Both the position numbers and the translations under genes were made by a program. A stretch of 64,000 nucleotides of DNA from Eledone cirrhosa. Lineage: Eukaryota. Of this stretch, positions 1-15,732 are shown one piece after another. The stretch covers positions 24,180,001 through 24,244,000 of the forward strand of contig OZ024743.1 of the NCBI GenBank assembly GCA_964016885.1, in the 5' to 3' direction. The notes under the pieces were generated by a model that worked only from the letters and a program-made list of their open reading frames with translations, ran no database searches and was not told where the DNA came from. The stretch's first letter is position 1; every line of letters begins with the position of its first letter.

Positions 1-2713
1 CCACCACCACCACCACCACACCACCCACCACACCACCACCACCCACCACCACCACACCACCACCACCACCACCACCACCACCACCACCACCACCACCACA
101 CCACCACCACCACCACCACCACCACCACCACCACCACCACCACCACCACCACCACCACACCACCACCACCACCACCACCACACCACCACCCCACCACCAC
201 CACCACCACCACCCACCACCACCACCACCACCACCACCCACCACCACCACCACCACCACCACCACACCACCCACCCACCCCACCACCACCACCCACCACC
301 CACCACCACCACCACCACACCACCACCACCACCACCACCACCACCCACCCCCACCACCACCACACCACCACCACCACCACCACCACCACCACCACCCACC
401 ACCACCACCACCACCACCACCACCACACCACCACACCACCACCACCACCCACACCCACCACCACCACACCACCACCACCCCCACCACCACCACACCACCA
501 CCACCACCACCACCACCACCACCACCACCCCACCACCACCACCACCACCACCACCACACCACCACCACACCACCACCACACCACCCACCACCACACCACC
601 CCACCACCACACCACCACCACACCACCACCACCACACCACCACCACACCACACCACCACCACACCACACACCACCACACCACCACCACCACCACCACCAC
701 ACCACCACCACACCACCACACCACCACCACACACCAACCACCACCACACCACCACCACCACCACCACCACACCACCACCACACCACCATCACCACCACCA
801 CCACCACCACAACCACCACACCACCACACCACCACATCACCACCACCACCACACCACCACACCACCACCACCACCACCACCACACCACCACCACCACCAC
901 CACCACCACCACACTCACCACACCACCATCCACACCACCACACCACCACCACCACACCACACCACCACCACCACCCACCACCACCACACCACCACCACCA
1001 CCACACCACCACACCACACACCACCACCACCACCACCACCACCACACACCACCCACACCACCACACCACCACACCACCACCCCACCACCACCACCACCAC
1101 CACCACACCACATCACCACACCACATCACCCACCACCACCACACCACCACACCACCACCACCACCACCACCACACCACACCACCACACCACCATCACCAC
1201 CACACCACACCACACCACCACCACCACCACCACACCACCACCACCACACCACCACACACCACACCACCACCACCACCACCACCACACCACACCACACCAC
1301 ACACACACCACACCACCACACACCACCACCACCACCACCACCACCACACCACCATCCACCACACACCACACACACCACCACCACCACCACCACACCACAC
1401 CACCACACCACCACACCACCACCACACCACCACACCACCACACCACCACACCACCACCACCACCACCACCACCACCACACACCACCACCACCACCACACA
1501 CACCACCACACCACCATCACCACCACACCACCACCACACACCACCACCACACCACCACCACACACCACACCACCACACCACCACCACCACCACCACCACC
1601 ACACCACCACCACCACCAACCACCACCACCACCACCACCACACCACCACCACCACCACCACCACACCACCACCACCACACCACCACCACCACCACACCAC
1701 ACACCACACACCACCACCACACCACCACCACACCACACCACCACACCACCACACCACCATCACCACCACCACCACCCACCACACCACCACCACCACCACC
1801 ACACCACCACACCACCATCACCCACCACACCACCACCACACCACACCACCACACCACCACACCACCACACCACCACACCACACCACCACCACCACCACAC
1901 CACCACCACACCACCATCACCACCACACCACCACCACACACACCACCACCACCACACCACACCACACCACCACACCACCATCACCACCACACCACCACCA
2001 CACCACCACCACACCACCACCACCACCACTCACCACACCACCATCACACACCACCACCACCACCACCACCACACCACCACCACCACCACCACCACACCAC
2101 ACCACCACCACCACCATCACCACCACCACCACCACACCACCACCACCACCACCACCACACCACAACACCACACCACCACACACCACACCACCACACCACC
2201 ACCACCACCACCACCACACCACCACACCACACCACCATCACCACCACACCACCACCACCACCACCACCACCACACCACCACCACACCACCACCACCACCA
2301 CCACCACACCACATCACCACACCACCATCACCACCACACCACCACCACACCACACCACCACCACCACCACCACCACACCACCATCACCACACCACCATCA
2401 CCACCACCACCACCACCACCACCACCACACCACCACCACACCACCACCACACCACCATCACCACACACCACCACCACCACCACACCACCACCACCACACC
2501 CACCACCACCACCAGCACCACCACACCACCATCACCACCACACCACCACCACACCACCATCACCACCACACCACCAACAGCCACACCACCACACCACCAT
2601 CACCACACCACCACCACCACCACCACCACACCACCACCACCACACCACCACACCACCATCACCACACCACCACCACCACCACCACCACACCCACCATCAC
2701 CACACCACCATCA
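1..2713. repeat. Degenerate (CCA)n/(CCACA)n low-complexity array
   Basis: Almost pure C/A sequence built from ccacca/ccaca units, with CAT variants increasing rightwards; its ORFs are V/W/G/C artefacts. Confidence 0.97.
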
Positions 2714-2913
2714 NNNNNNNNNNNNNNNNNNNNNNNNNNNNNNNNNNNNNNNNNNNNNNNNNNNNNNNNNNNNNNNNNNNNNNNNNNNNNNNNNNNNNNN
2801 NNNNNNNNNNNNNNNNNNNNNNNNNNNNNNNNNNNNNNNNNNNNNNNNNNNNNNNNNNNNNNNNNNNNNNNNNNNNNNNNNNNNNNNNNNNNNNNNNNNN
2901 NNNNNNNNNNNNN
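2714..2913. other. Assembly gap (200 N)
   Basis: Run of n characters. Confidence 1.
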
Positions 2914-5900
2914 CAACACCACACACATTACCAACACCACACACATTACCAACACTACACACATTACCAAAACCACAACACATTACCAACACTACACACA
3001 TTACCAACACCACACACATTACCAATACACACACATTACCAACACCCACACACATTACCAATACCACACACATTACCAATAACCACACACATTACCAACA
3101 CCACACACATTACCAACACCACACACATTACCAACACCACACACATTACCAACACCACACACATTACCAACACTACACACATTACCACACCACACACATT
3201 ACCAACACCACACACATTACCAACACCACACACATTACCAACACCACACACATTACCAAACCACACACATTACCAACACCACACACATTACCAACACCAC
3301 ACACATTACCAACACCACACACATTACCAACACCACACACATTACCAACACCACACACATTACCAACACCACACACATTACCAACACCACACACATTACC
3401 AACACCACACACATTACCAACACCACACACATTACCAATACCACACACATTACCAATACACCACACATTACCAACACCACACACATTACCAACACCACAC
3501 ACATTACCAACACCACACACATTACCAACACCACACACATTACCAACACTACACACATTACCAACACCACACACATTACCAACACCACACACATTACCAA
3601 CACCACACACATTACCAACACCACACACATTACCAACACCACACACATTACCAATACCACACACATTACCAACACCACACACATTACCAACACCACACAC
3701 ATTACCAACACCACACACATTACCAATACCACACACATTACCAATACCACACACATTACCAACACCACACACATTACCAACACCACACACATTACCAACA
3801 CCACACACATTACCAACACCACACACATTACCAATACCACACACATTACCAACACCACACACATTACCAAACCACACACATTACCATAACACACACATTA
3901 CCAACACCACACACATTACCAACACCACACACATTACCAACACCACACACATTACCAATACCACACACATTACCAACACTACACACATTAACAACACCAC
4001 ACACATTACCAACACCACACACATTACCAATACCACACACATTACCAACACCACACACATTACCAACACCACACACATTACCAACACCACACACATTACC
4101 AACACCACACACATTACCAACACCACACACATTACCAACACCACACACATTACCAACACCACACACATTACCAACACACACACATTACCAACACTACACA
4201 CATTACCAACACCACACACATTACCAATACCACACACATTACCAACACCACACACATTACCAATACCACACACATTACCAATACACACACATTACCAACA
4301 CCACACACATTACCAACACCACACACATTACCAACACTACACACATTACCAACACCACACACATTACCAACACCACACACATTACCAACACAACACACAT
4401 TACCAACACCACACACATTACCAATACCACACACATTACCAACACCACACACATTACCAATACCACACACATTACCAAAACACACACATTACCAACACCA
4501 CACACATTACCAACACCACACACATTACCAACACCACACACATTACCAATACCACACACATTACCAACACTACACACATTACAACACCACACACATTACC
4601 AACACCACACACATTACCAATACCACACACATTACCAACACCACACACATTACCAACACCACACACATTACCAACACCACACACATTACCAACACCACAC
4701 ACATTACCAACACCACACACATTACCAACACAACACACATTACCAACACCACACACATTACCAACACCACACACATTACCAACACCACACACATTACCAA
4801 TACCACACACATTACCAACACCACACACATTACCAATACCACACACATTACCAATAACACACACATTACCAACACCACACACATTACCAACACCACACAC
4901 ATTACCAACACCACACACATTACCAACACCACACACATTACCAACACTACACACATTACCAACACAACACACATTACCAATACCACACACATTACCAACA
5001 CCACACACATTACCAATACCACACACATTACCAATAACACACACATTACCAACACCACACACATTACCAACACCACACACATTACCAACACCACACACAT
5101 TACCAACACCACACACATTACCAATACCACACACATTACCAATAACACACACATTACCAACACCACACACATTACCAACACCACACACATTACCAACACC
5201 ACACACATTACCAATACCACACACATTACCAACACTACACACATTAACAATACCACACACATTACCAACACCACACACATTACCAACACCACACACATTA
5301 CCAACACCACACACATTACCAACACCACACATATTACCGATACCACACACATTACCAACACCACACACATTACCAACACCACACACATTACCAATACCAC
5401 ACACATTACCAATACCACACACATTACCAACACAACACATATTACCAACACAACACATATTACCAATACCACACACATTACCAATACCACACACATTACC
5501 AATACCACACACATTACCAATACCACACACATTACCAATACCACACACATTACCAACACCACACACATTACCAACACCACACACATTACCAACACCACAC
5601 ACATTACCAACACCACACACATTACCAATACCACACACATTACCAATACCACACGCATTAACAACACCACACACATTACCAACACTACACACATTAACAA
5701 TACCACACACATTACCAATACCACACACATTACCAACACCACCACATTACCAACACCACACACATTACCAACACCACACACATTACCAACACCACACACA
5801 TTACCAATACCACACACATTACCAACACCACACACATTACCAACACCACACACATTACCAATACCACACACATTACCAACACCACACACATTACCAACAC

Positions 5901-8530
5901 CACACACATTACCAACACTACACACATTACCAACACCACACACATTACCAACACCACACACATTACCAACACCACACACATTACCAACACTACACACATT
6001 ACCAACACCACACACATTACCAATACCACACACATTACCAACACCACACACATTACCAATACCACACACATTACCAATAACACACACATTACCAACACCA
6101 CACACATTACCAACACCACACACATTACCAACACCACACACATTACCAATACCACACACATTACCAACACTACACACATTAACAATACCACACACATTAC
6201 CAACACCACACACATTACCAATACCACACACATTACCAACACCACACACATTAGCAACACCACACACATTACCAACACCACACACATTACCAACACCACA
6301 CACATTACCAACACCACACACATTACCAACACTACACACATTACCAACACCACACACATTACCAACACTACACACATTACCAACACCACACACATTACCA
6401 ATACCACACACATTACCAACACCACACACATTACCAATACCACACACATTACCAATAACACACACATTACCAACACCACACACATTACCAACACCACACA
6501 CATTACCAACACCACACACATTACCAACACCACACACATTACCAACACTACACACATTACCAACACAACACACATTACCAATACCACACACATTACCAAC
6601 ACCACACACATTACCAATACCACACACATTACCAATAACACACACATTACCAACACCACACACATTACCAACACCACACACATTACCAACACCACACACA
6701 TTACCAACACCACACACATTACCAATACCACACACATTACCAATAACACACACATTACCAACACCACACACATTACCAACACCACACACATTACCAACAC
6801 CACACACATTACCAATACCACACACATTACCAACACTACACACATTAACAATACCACACACATTACCAACACCACACACATTACCAACACCACACACATT
6901 ACCAACACCACACACATTACCAACACCACACATATTACCGATACCACACACATTACCAACACCACACACATTACCAACACCACACACATTACCAATACCA
7001 CACACATTACCAACACCACACACATTACCAATACCACACATATTACCAATACCACACATATTACCAATACCACACACATTACCAACACCACACACATTAC
7101 CAATACCACACACATTACCAACACTACACACATTAACAATACCACACACATTACCAACACCACACACATTAGCAACACCACACACATTACCAATACTACA
7201 CACATTACCAATACCACACACATTACCAACACCACACACATTAGCAACACCACACACATTACCAACACCACACACATTAACAGCACCACACACATTACCA
7301 ACACCACACACATTACCAACACCACGCACATTACCAATACCACACACATTACCAACACTACACACGTTAACAATACCACACACATTAGCAACACCACACA
7401 CATTACCAATACAACACACATTACCAACACCACACACATTACCAACACCACACACATTACCAATACCACACACATTACCAACACCACACACATTACCAAT
7501 ACCACACACATTACCAACACTACACACATTACCAATACCACACACATTACCAACACCACACACATTACCAATACCACACACATTGCCAATACCACACACA
7601 TTACCAACACTACACACATTACCAATACCACACACATTACCAATACCACACACATTACCAACACCACACACATTACCAACACTACACACATTACCAATAC
7701 CACACACATTACCAATACCACACACATTACCAACACCACACACATTACCAACACTACACACATTACCAATACCACACACATTACCAACACCACACACATT
7801 ACCAACACCACACACATTACCAACACCACACACATTACCAATACCACACACATTACCAATACCACACACATTACCAACACAACACATATTACCAACACAA
7901 CACATATTACCAATACCACACACATTACCAATACCACACACATTACCAATACCACACACATTACCAATACCACACACATTACCAATACCACACACATTAC
8001 CAACACCACACACATTACCAACACCACACACATTACCAACACCACACACATTACCAACACCACACACATTACCAATACCACACACATTACCAATACCACA
8101 CGCATTAACAACACCACACACATTACCAACACTACACACATTAACAATACCACACACATTACCAATACCACACACATTACCAACACCACCACATTACCAA
8201 CACCACACACATTACCAACACCACACACATTACCAACACCACACACATTACCAATACCACACACATTACCAACACCACACACATTACCAACACCACACAC
8301 ATTACCAATACCACACACATTACCAACACCACACACATTAACAATACCACACACATTACCAACACCACACACATTACCAACACCACACACATTACCAATA
8401 CCACACACATTACCAATACCACACACATTACCAACACCACACACATTACCAACACCACACGCATTAACAACACCACACACATTACCAACACCACACACAT
8501 TACCAACACCACACACATTACCAACACCAC
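2914..8530. repeat. 18-bp minisatellite (consensus CCAACACCACACACATTA), about 5.6 kb
   Basis: Tandem unit visible directly; 6-aa periodicity (GNVCGV / VVLVMC) in the ORF track. Confidence 0.98.
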
Positions 8531-8745
8531 ACACACACACATCTTACCCCCTCTCTCTCTCTGTCGTCTTACTTAATACTCTTTGTTTTCTTTTTTCACT
8601 GTTGCTTTTTATTCTTTTCTTTTCTATTTCCTTTCCCTCTTTCTTGTTCTTTTTCTTTCAAATCAATGAAAACTTTACAATTGTCACCAATTTAATATAA
8701 ACTCTGTGGAGATTATTGAGGATTGTAATATCTTATCGATAAATT

Positions 8746-8747
<2 letters not shown>

Positions 8748-8795
<48 letters not shown>

Positions 8796-8828
8796 CTATG
8801 TATATATATATATATTTATATATGTATG

Positions 8829-8860
<32 letters not shown>

Positions 8861-9259
8861 TATATATGTATGTATATATATATTTATATATGTATGTATA
8901 TATATATATATTTATATATGTATATCATCATCATCATCATCATCAACGTTTAACGTCCGTGTTCCACGCTTGCATGGGTTTGGACGGGGGTAGTCCCACT
9001 TGAGGCAAGAGTGATTGTCTTGCTCGCATAGGACTGTCTGGCAGGTTTTCTACAGTTGGATGCCCTACCTAACACCAACCACATTTACAGTGTGGGTCTG
9101 GGAGGTTTTTACCGTGTTGCCTACACGGCCACATTACAGCGTGTATATATATATATTTATATATGTATATATATATATTTATATATGTATGTATATATAT
9201 ATATTTATATATATATGTATGTATATATATATATTTATATATATATGTATATATGTATG

Positions 9260-9290
<31 letters not shown>

Positions 9291-9323
9291 GTATATATAT
9301 ATGTATATATATATATTTATATA

Positions 9324-9361
<38 letters not shown>

Positions 9362-9385
9362 TATTTATATATATATATACATATA

Positions 9386-9427
<42 letters not shown>

Positions 9428-9507
9428 TATTTATATATATATATATATATATATACATATATATTTATATATATGTGTGTGTGTGTGTGTTTTTATGTAT
9501 GTATGTA

Positions 9508-9574
<67 letters not shown>

Positions 9575-9632
9575 CATATATACTGTATATGTATATATAT
9601 GTATATATACATATATTATTCATATATATATA

Positions 9633-9689
<57 letters not shown>

Positions 9690-9705
9690 GTTTATATATA
9701 TATAT
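8748..9705. repeat. (TA)n-rich microsatellite tract interrupted by a short dispersed repeat
   Basis: TA/TATG repeats at 8748-8924 and 9143-9705. Confidence 0.95.
8925..9140 (-). mobile_element. SINE or RTE-type 3' end fragment with (GAT)n tail
   Basis: (CAT)n followed by cgtttaacgtccg...ttcc...gcttgca; a similar start occurs at about 26530-26580. Confidence 0.5.
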
Positions 9706-10649
9706 AGTCATAGATATATATGTGTTTTACAACTGGTCAAGTTGTGGCTCAATGAAGAATTAATAAATTAAATAATCAGAGCTCTATATCATAAAACATG
9801 TCTTTAGAATCACTAGATATAATATATACTATTTCATCTCCCAATTAGCATAATTAACTATATAAAAAATCAATTAGACCAAGCTATAAGAATAAAGGCT
9901 CCTATGAAGAAATCTCCGACAAATAACCGAAAGCAGCCCCTTCGCGGTGGCCACGATGGAGTATTTATCCAATATTTCGACAGCATGTAAAAATCGACCA
10001 GATATACAGTCAACCAAACACAATTAGGTGTAAAATCAAACTTAGAAGAAATGCGTACATACCAAATACCTCTACCATGGTTTCATCCTTATTTTAAGAC
10101 ATCCGATAACAGTGAACGTCCAGAGCTTCGGATTCATCAGGAGCGAACTCAAAATTAGACATTTAATTTTACTAAATGATCGCGCCAAAAATACATTAAA
10201 AAATGGCTAAGAATCGTGACGTGGCAGCGGTCAAGTTAGAAAGGATGTGATTAGTTACTTACGGCGGGTAGGCTTATTGCTAGAAAGCGCAGCCCAATAT
10301 AGCCAAATTGTATCTCAACCTAACGGGAGATTATTACATATAAAGGTTTACATATATATAAAGTCATAGATATATATGTGTTTTGCAACTGGTCACGTTG
10401 TGGCTCAATGAAGAATTAATAAATTAAATAATCAGAGCTATATATTATAAAACATGTCTTTAGAATCACTAGATATAATATATACCATTTCCTCTCCCAA
10501 TTAGCATAATTAACCATATAAAAAAAATCATAGGAGCCTTTATTCTTATAGCTTGGTCTAATTGATTTTTTATATGGTTAATTATGGTAATTGGGAGAGG
10601 AAATGGTATATATTATATCTAGTGATTCTTTCTAAAGACATGTTTTATG

Positions 10650-10652
<3 letters not shown>
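9683..10652. mobile_element. Penelope-like element remnant (pseudo-LTR with direct and inverted copies)
   Basis: 9683-9872 is repeated directly at 10338-10530; 10528-10652 is the reverse complement of about 9787-9907; contains a hammerhead core. Confidence 0.65.
10070..10143 (-). ncRNA. Type I hammerhead ribozyme motif
   Basis: Minus strand: ctc-CTGATGA-atcc...ggat-GAAA-ccatgg-TA-gag. Intact core, stem II atcc/ggat, palindromic stem III, stem I ctc/gag, GUA cleavage triplet. Confidence 0.7.
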
Positions 10653-10733
<81 letters not shown>

Positions 10734-11817
10734 GCATTTATACATATATGTTGGGTGTATGATTTAGGTGTGTGTGTGTAATTATATGTTTGTTACATTT
10801 ATTTCAATTTATGATGTATTTCCTAATGGAGCTTCATGAAAGTTAACTTGGTTTTAACAAGTTATAGTTAGACAGAGGTGGGGTTTTTGTTCACATCTTC
10901 CCATTCTTATTTTTAACTTGTTCATAAGATTTTCGTCAGTACTTTGTTCTTGCTTTTACTTTTCAATCAATTTTATTAAGGAGTTTATGTATAATCTCAA
11001 ACCATGAAGGGGATAGCAATAGTTGTTCCTTCATTGATAAATATCAAATGAAAATGCAAAGAATTTGCTGATATTCTATTATCCTTCTCAAACCAATCAG
11101 CCAATATAAGTGGTAACTAGTCAATCACAATCACCACTCTTATACTACCATAAATGAAGGATTTAACTGGAGGCCATATCGCTCGTTGACAATGTCGATA
11201 CGATCAAGGCTTAAACGCCTTACACCACACGTCTGCTCAATTATGAATGATCTTAAAATATTTAGCATCAGGAACAATAGTAACTGACACCTATTTTGTA
11301 AATTGAAACAAAAAAGGAATTCTAAATATTAAACTCATCTTACGGGATTGCCATGTTCCACTTTCCTGTAGAACCAAGACATTTCACCAGCATGCGAAAC
11401 CTGCGCTGATAGACATACATATCTTGTATAGGATCACAGTCAATCGACCTCTGAATATGGATGGTTTCAATCGATAGGCTGCAGATGGCAACCAACTGGA
11501 AACATAATACATAGTATAACGACACGGAAGGATAACTTGAATAAAATTCCATTTGAAAAATATAACCATTCAAACACAAGAAGAGAAATACGAATCATAT
11601 CCTCTAATATCATGCTAGATGGAAAAAGAAAAACGAGAGGTTAGTAATGGCCTAGACAGATTGCATCATACTCCAATGAAATTAAGGGATTTACTCACAT
11701 TCGAAAATGAAAACTCAAGCCAAAAACAGAAACAAAACAAATAAATAAACAGAAAATTATTTAAAAAACAGGAAAATAACTGTCCTAAATGAAAATGATG
11801 ATGAGAAAATCATATAT

Positions 11818-12070
11818 AAGGCCTAGTAGTAAGGGTGTTGGACTTACGATCATAATGTGCTGGGTGGCTCGTTGTGTTCTTGCACAAAACACTTAATTTC
11901 AAGTTGCTCCAGTATACTCAGCTGAAAATGAGTACCAGCTATAACTGGGGATTTAACCCTGCGAAGAACTGGCATCCTATCCAGGTGGGACTCATGTACA
12001 TCCACTCGCTTCACGCCACGAAACCGGATTAAAACCCCGACCTAACGCGCCTTCCGGCTTCAGACAGATT
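11818..12070 (+). mobile_element. tRNA-derived SINE (second family), decayed
   Basis: A-box-like ggcctagtagtaagg, then aaaatgagtaccag and actggcatcctatccagg, which resemble conserved metazoan SINE central domains. Confidence 0.55.
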
Positions 12071-12101
12071 TTTATAATGTATGTATATATACATATATTG
12101 T

Positions 12102-12166
<65 letters not shown>

Positions 12167-12232
12167 AGAAAGATGAAATCGAAAATGCAACTGGAGTCTT
12201 ATTTTTTAAAAATATATATATTTACTTGGTTC

Positions 12233-12268
12233 CTTTACCGGTTTCGCAGTTCTTCTGCTTTTCAAAAG
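12233..12268 (-). ncRNA. Degenerate minimal hammerhead motif
   Basis: Minus strand: ctt-TTGAAAA-gcag aagaa ctgc-GAAA-ccgg-TA-aag. All three stems pair, but there are two changes in the CUGANGA box. Confidence 0.45.
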
Positions 12269-12384
12269 TAGAGTTGAGATGGAGGGTCTGTGGTTTTTCT
12301 CAAGCTGACACAGGTCTCCCATCTCAGACTTGCATGTATTGACACTTGTGCAGACTTGCATGTATAGCACAAATTAAAGACATC

Positions 12385-12508
12385 GAGGGGCATGCCCCAT
12401 GGAGATAGGAGACCTGTGTCAGCTTATGGCGACGACGTCACCGATGTAGTGTCGAGCACCAAACACATCGACACAGCTCTGAAGGAATACGGAGCGCTAA
12501 CAGGAGTG
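12385..12508 (+). mobile_element. Tx1-like reverse transcriptase fragment
   Basis: Translates VSAYGDDVTDVVSSTKHIDTALKEYGALTG, similar to VSAYADDITMMVSDT...EYERLTG in the LINE at 28401-29696. Confidence 0.6.
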
Positions 12509-12699
12509 CTCCTGGAGTCAAGTTAGATATCAACTTCAATTTACCGTTAATGATAATTAGTCTACATTTATCTGGGAAAGTGAAGAGCATAAATAGTTAA
12601 AATATATCCTTAGCAACATTTTCCACAGAGCTTAATATGTGGATGAAACCTTTTCTCAAATATAGATATAAAACGACAATATTAACCAAGAAACCAAAT

Positions 12700-15020
12700 A
12701 ATGAAAATTCTGCCTGTCATCGACAAAATTTGAGGTGAATATTTACGACTAACTAGTATACAAGCTTTACCTTTTACCGTAGCAATGACAGTGAAGCTAT
12801 AACCTGTTGATAATAGATATGTTAACAGAAACCACAAAAAGGCCATCGTATATTTCAAAAACAAAACAATATCGCTGACCTACGAAAATCTATCGGCCAT
12901 GTGAAGATGCTTATCATGTGTAAAGAAAAGCATATAATGACAGTCATCACGAACAAAGAGTGTAAAATGAAATAAAAATTGATATTTGGAGATGGTACAA
13001 CCGAGACCCTTAAACACAAATTGATCTCCATGAAATAGGAACTGGTAGCTGTCAGTGAGAAACTCCTACATCAGAAAATATTGCCTGAAATTGATTAATA
13101 TAGGATTCAGCCGAAATCAAAGAAAGATATGAGGTGCAAATCAATAAATGTCACTGTCCAAGAAAGACATCTGGAGAAAAATAGGTGCTGAGAAAAAGAA
13201 ATTCAACAAAGATGTAGTGTATTTGAGAGATCGGAACGAACTATTGTCTCTGCATTACACCAAAAACATACATCAATGATTATACCCTTGAAACTGTGAT
13301 AGAAAATCCTTAAGGAAGAAAGCCCCAGGAAGAGTCTTGATTGTCGGCTACTGGTACGAAAACTGACTTTCCACCGCATGTGTCTTATCGACCTGTACCA
13401 GCAAGCTCTCAGTGGAGATGTATATATAACAAGCTGATTGACATTAGCAGAAACAATATTGGACACCCTCACCAAAGAAACCCACTTGGTAAAAACGTAC
13501 CGACCTAATGTATAAATGTAAACAGCCTGTCTGAACCTATTCTTCCAGGACCATTGTGACAATAACCAAATCATCACAGATTAGCAAACGGCTGGGATAG
13601 AAGCTGCGAGGTCAGAGATGCGGTGACATAGGACACACTTGGTCACAGTAAGGCTGGACTACAAGAAGGCATTCGAATCTATTCAGCATTCTTCGAGGCT
13701 AAATCCCTTCAGACCTGCTAGAGTCCCAGAGACCATTATCAAATCCATAGATAATCTCTTTTCTTTGTTGGCCACTATTCTGAAGTTAAATACAGAGAAG
13801 GAACACTATATTTTCACTGATAAGATAGAATGCCGCAGGGGTATATTTCAAGGAGACAGTCTCTCTGTAATGCTATTTATACTGTAAATAAACCCCTTGT
13901 CCTTTAGGTTTGGGAACTATTAAGGATACGTAATTGGTTCACAGGAGGCCGGAAACACCAACTTAAGGCATAGCTTCTTTGTGGATGACCTGAAACTTTA
14001 TGCTAAGAATATAAATGGTATGAAGAAAAACCTTGACCTGGTTAGATCGTTCTCCAACGATATAGGAATGGATTTTGGCCAAGATAAATGTTCCTATAAA
14101 ACGAATCTAGCAAAATCTCTATCAATAGCCTGTTTATTTCACCGGTATCTGACTTGGACTGCGACAGATACTTAAAGTTTGATGGAAATATATCCTATGG
14201 TGGTATTTGTAACAAGGAAAAAGGAACCAGGGAATATAACATACGAAATATTCTTCTGAACTCTCTGCTCATAACAAATTAATAGCCCGTTATTTGTTTG
14301 CTGTGCTTGTGTTGACACCAACATTTGAACAACTTGACCGGATACTAGATGAGATCTGAGACATTGATATTGAAACCCGAAAAGTTCTAACTGGCACCAT
14401 AAATTACCACATCAACAGTGACATAGATCGCCTCTATCTGTAGCATAAAGAAGGCGGCAGTCTTAACATACGTCCAAAACGCATTTGGGAGTCACATCAT
14501 ATCTTTCCGACAACATCTACGAGCAACGAAACATCGAAAGCTATCTATAGAACAAGTCTGTCTACACGAGGCAGATAAGAACCTGAGAGTTGGGAAGGCT
14601 CTCCTTGATAAATACTCCTTGCATGATATCCCACATGGCTATTCTGTCAGGAATCTCCAAAGTGAGAATAATATAGATATGCAAATCAGTCTATCTTGGA
14701 CCAACAACCGGTATATTTGTTCTCACTTTGAAGGATATGTTTTTGAAATACAAAAACAAAAATAACGAAATACCTAATGCTCAAGAGATAGGGATGCAAT
14801 CAAAATAACTAGATATAACAACAGATGTAGAGTGTATGAATCATCATCATGGATGTCACCCATATCACAAGTAGCTGTCCGAAGATGTCATCACGTTACT
14901 ATCTACCTATAGGCATGATGTAATAGCTAAACACCATACAATGCATTCCATAGAAATGATAGCCCTGAAAATAAACATAAAATGTTACTGTAATGTAGAT
15001 GACATATGCATACATAATAG

Positions 15021-15090
<70 letters not shown>

Positions 15091-15508
15091 CGATATGGGA
15101 TGGAGATAAGAAGACATGCACACTAGTGGAAATCAGTTGCCTAGCAGATGTCAATATAATGATAAAAATTAACAAAAAGGAAAACATTTATGCTGAACTA
15201 ATGAGGAATCTGCAGATACTCCACTCTGACTATAAGTTTAGATGTGTATCTGTGAAAATTGGGCTCTGGTATATGTTACTTACTGCCTCAGTACAAAACT
15301 TGAGAACCAGAAAGGCCATAGCTAGTTAGAAAGTTGCAAGTACAGTTCAGTAATGGAACTGTGAAAATATGTAAGACATTTCAAAACTTCAGCATGTAAT
15401 ATCTGCACATATATGTATAGATAGAGAAACATATGCACGTGTACACACATAGCTAAAAATATACAGGTTCACACTTGCAATAACACTCATATCTGCACAC
15501 CCACACAA

Positions 15509-15595
<87 letters not shown>

Positions 15596-15720
15596 CATAT
15601 GTAGCTATTTACCTAGCTGATGTATAATTTACAATGAGGCAAGTTTCGATGTTAGAAACAGATTCTCTCTCTCTCCCTCTCCCTCTATTGGTGAACATGT
15701 ATAAAACAATAAAACCAGAA
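12700..15720 (+). mobile_element. Decayed R4-like RLE non-LTR retrotransposon (family B, older copy)
   Basis: RT motifs LDYKKAF, RGIFQGDSLS and FVDDLKLYA; C-terminal EISC...KKENIYAEL; 3' end aaaaccagaa followed by CATACATA. Many stops; left boundary uncertain. Confidence 0.85.
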
Positions 15721-15732
15721 CATACATACATA

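Noticed and set aside
2914-8530. CRISPR-like array or telomere
   Set aside because: Head-to-tail units with no unique spacers, no cas genes, eukaryotic context, and no TTAGGG.
915-8542. Long ORFs (up to 1198 aa) over the CCA and 18-bp arrays
   Set aside because: Several overlapping frames are open simply because the repeat lacks stop codons; there is no unique sequence, and indels shift frames freely.
8706-9763. YIYI-rich ORFs here and at other TA/CA/CATA tracts
   Set aside because: Translations of simple repeats.
9897-9940. Plus-strand hammerhead-like ctatgaaga...ccgaaag (similarly gtgatgaagg...gaatcgtta at about 24172-24200)
   Set aside because: Core boxes and stems are too degenerate to support a call.
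11000-11720. Possible decayed LINE RT C-terminus
   Set aside because: Coding-like composition, but no diagnostic motif could be read with confidence.
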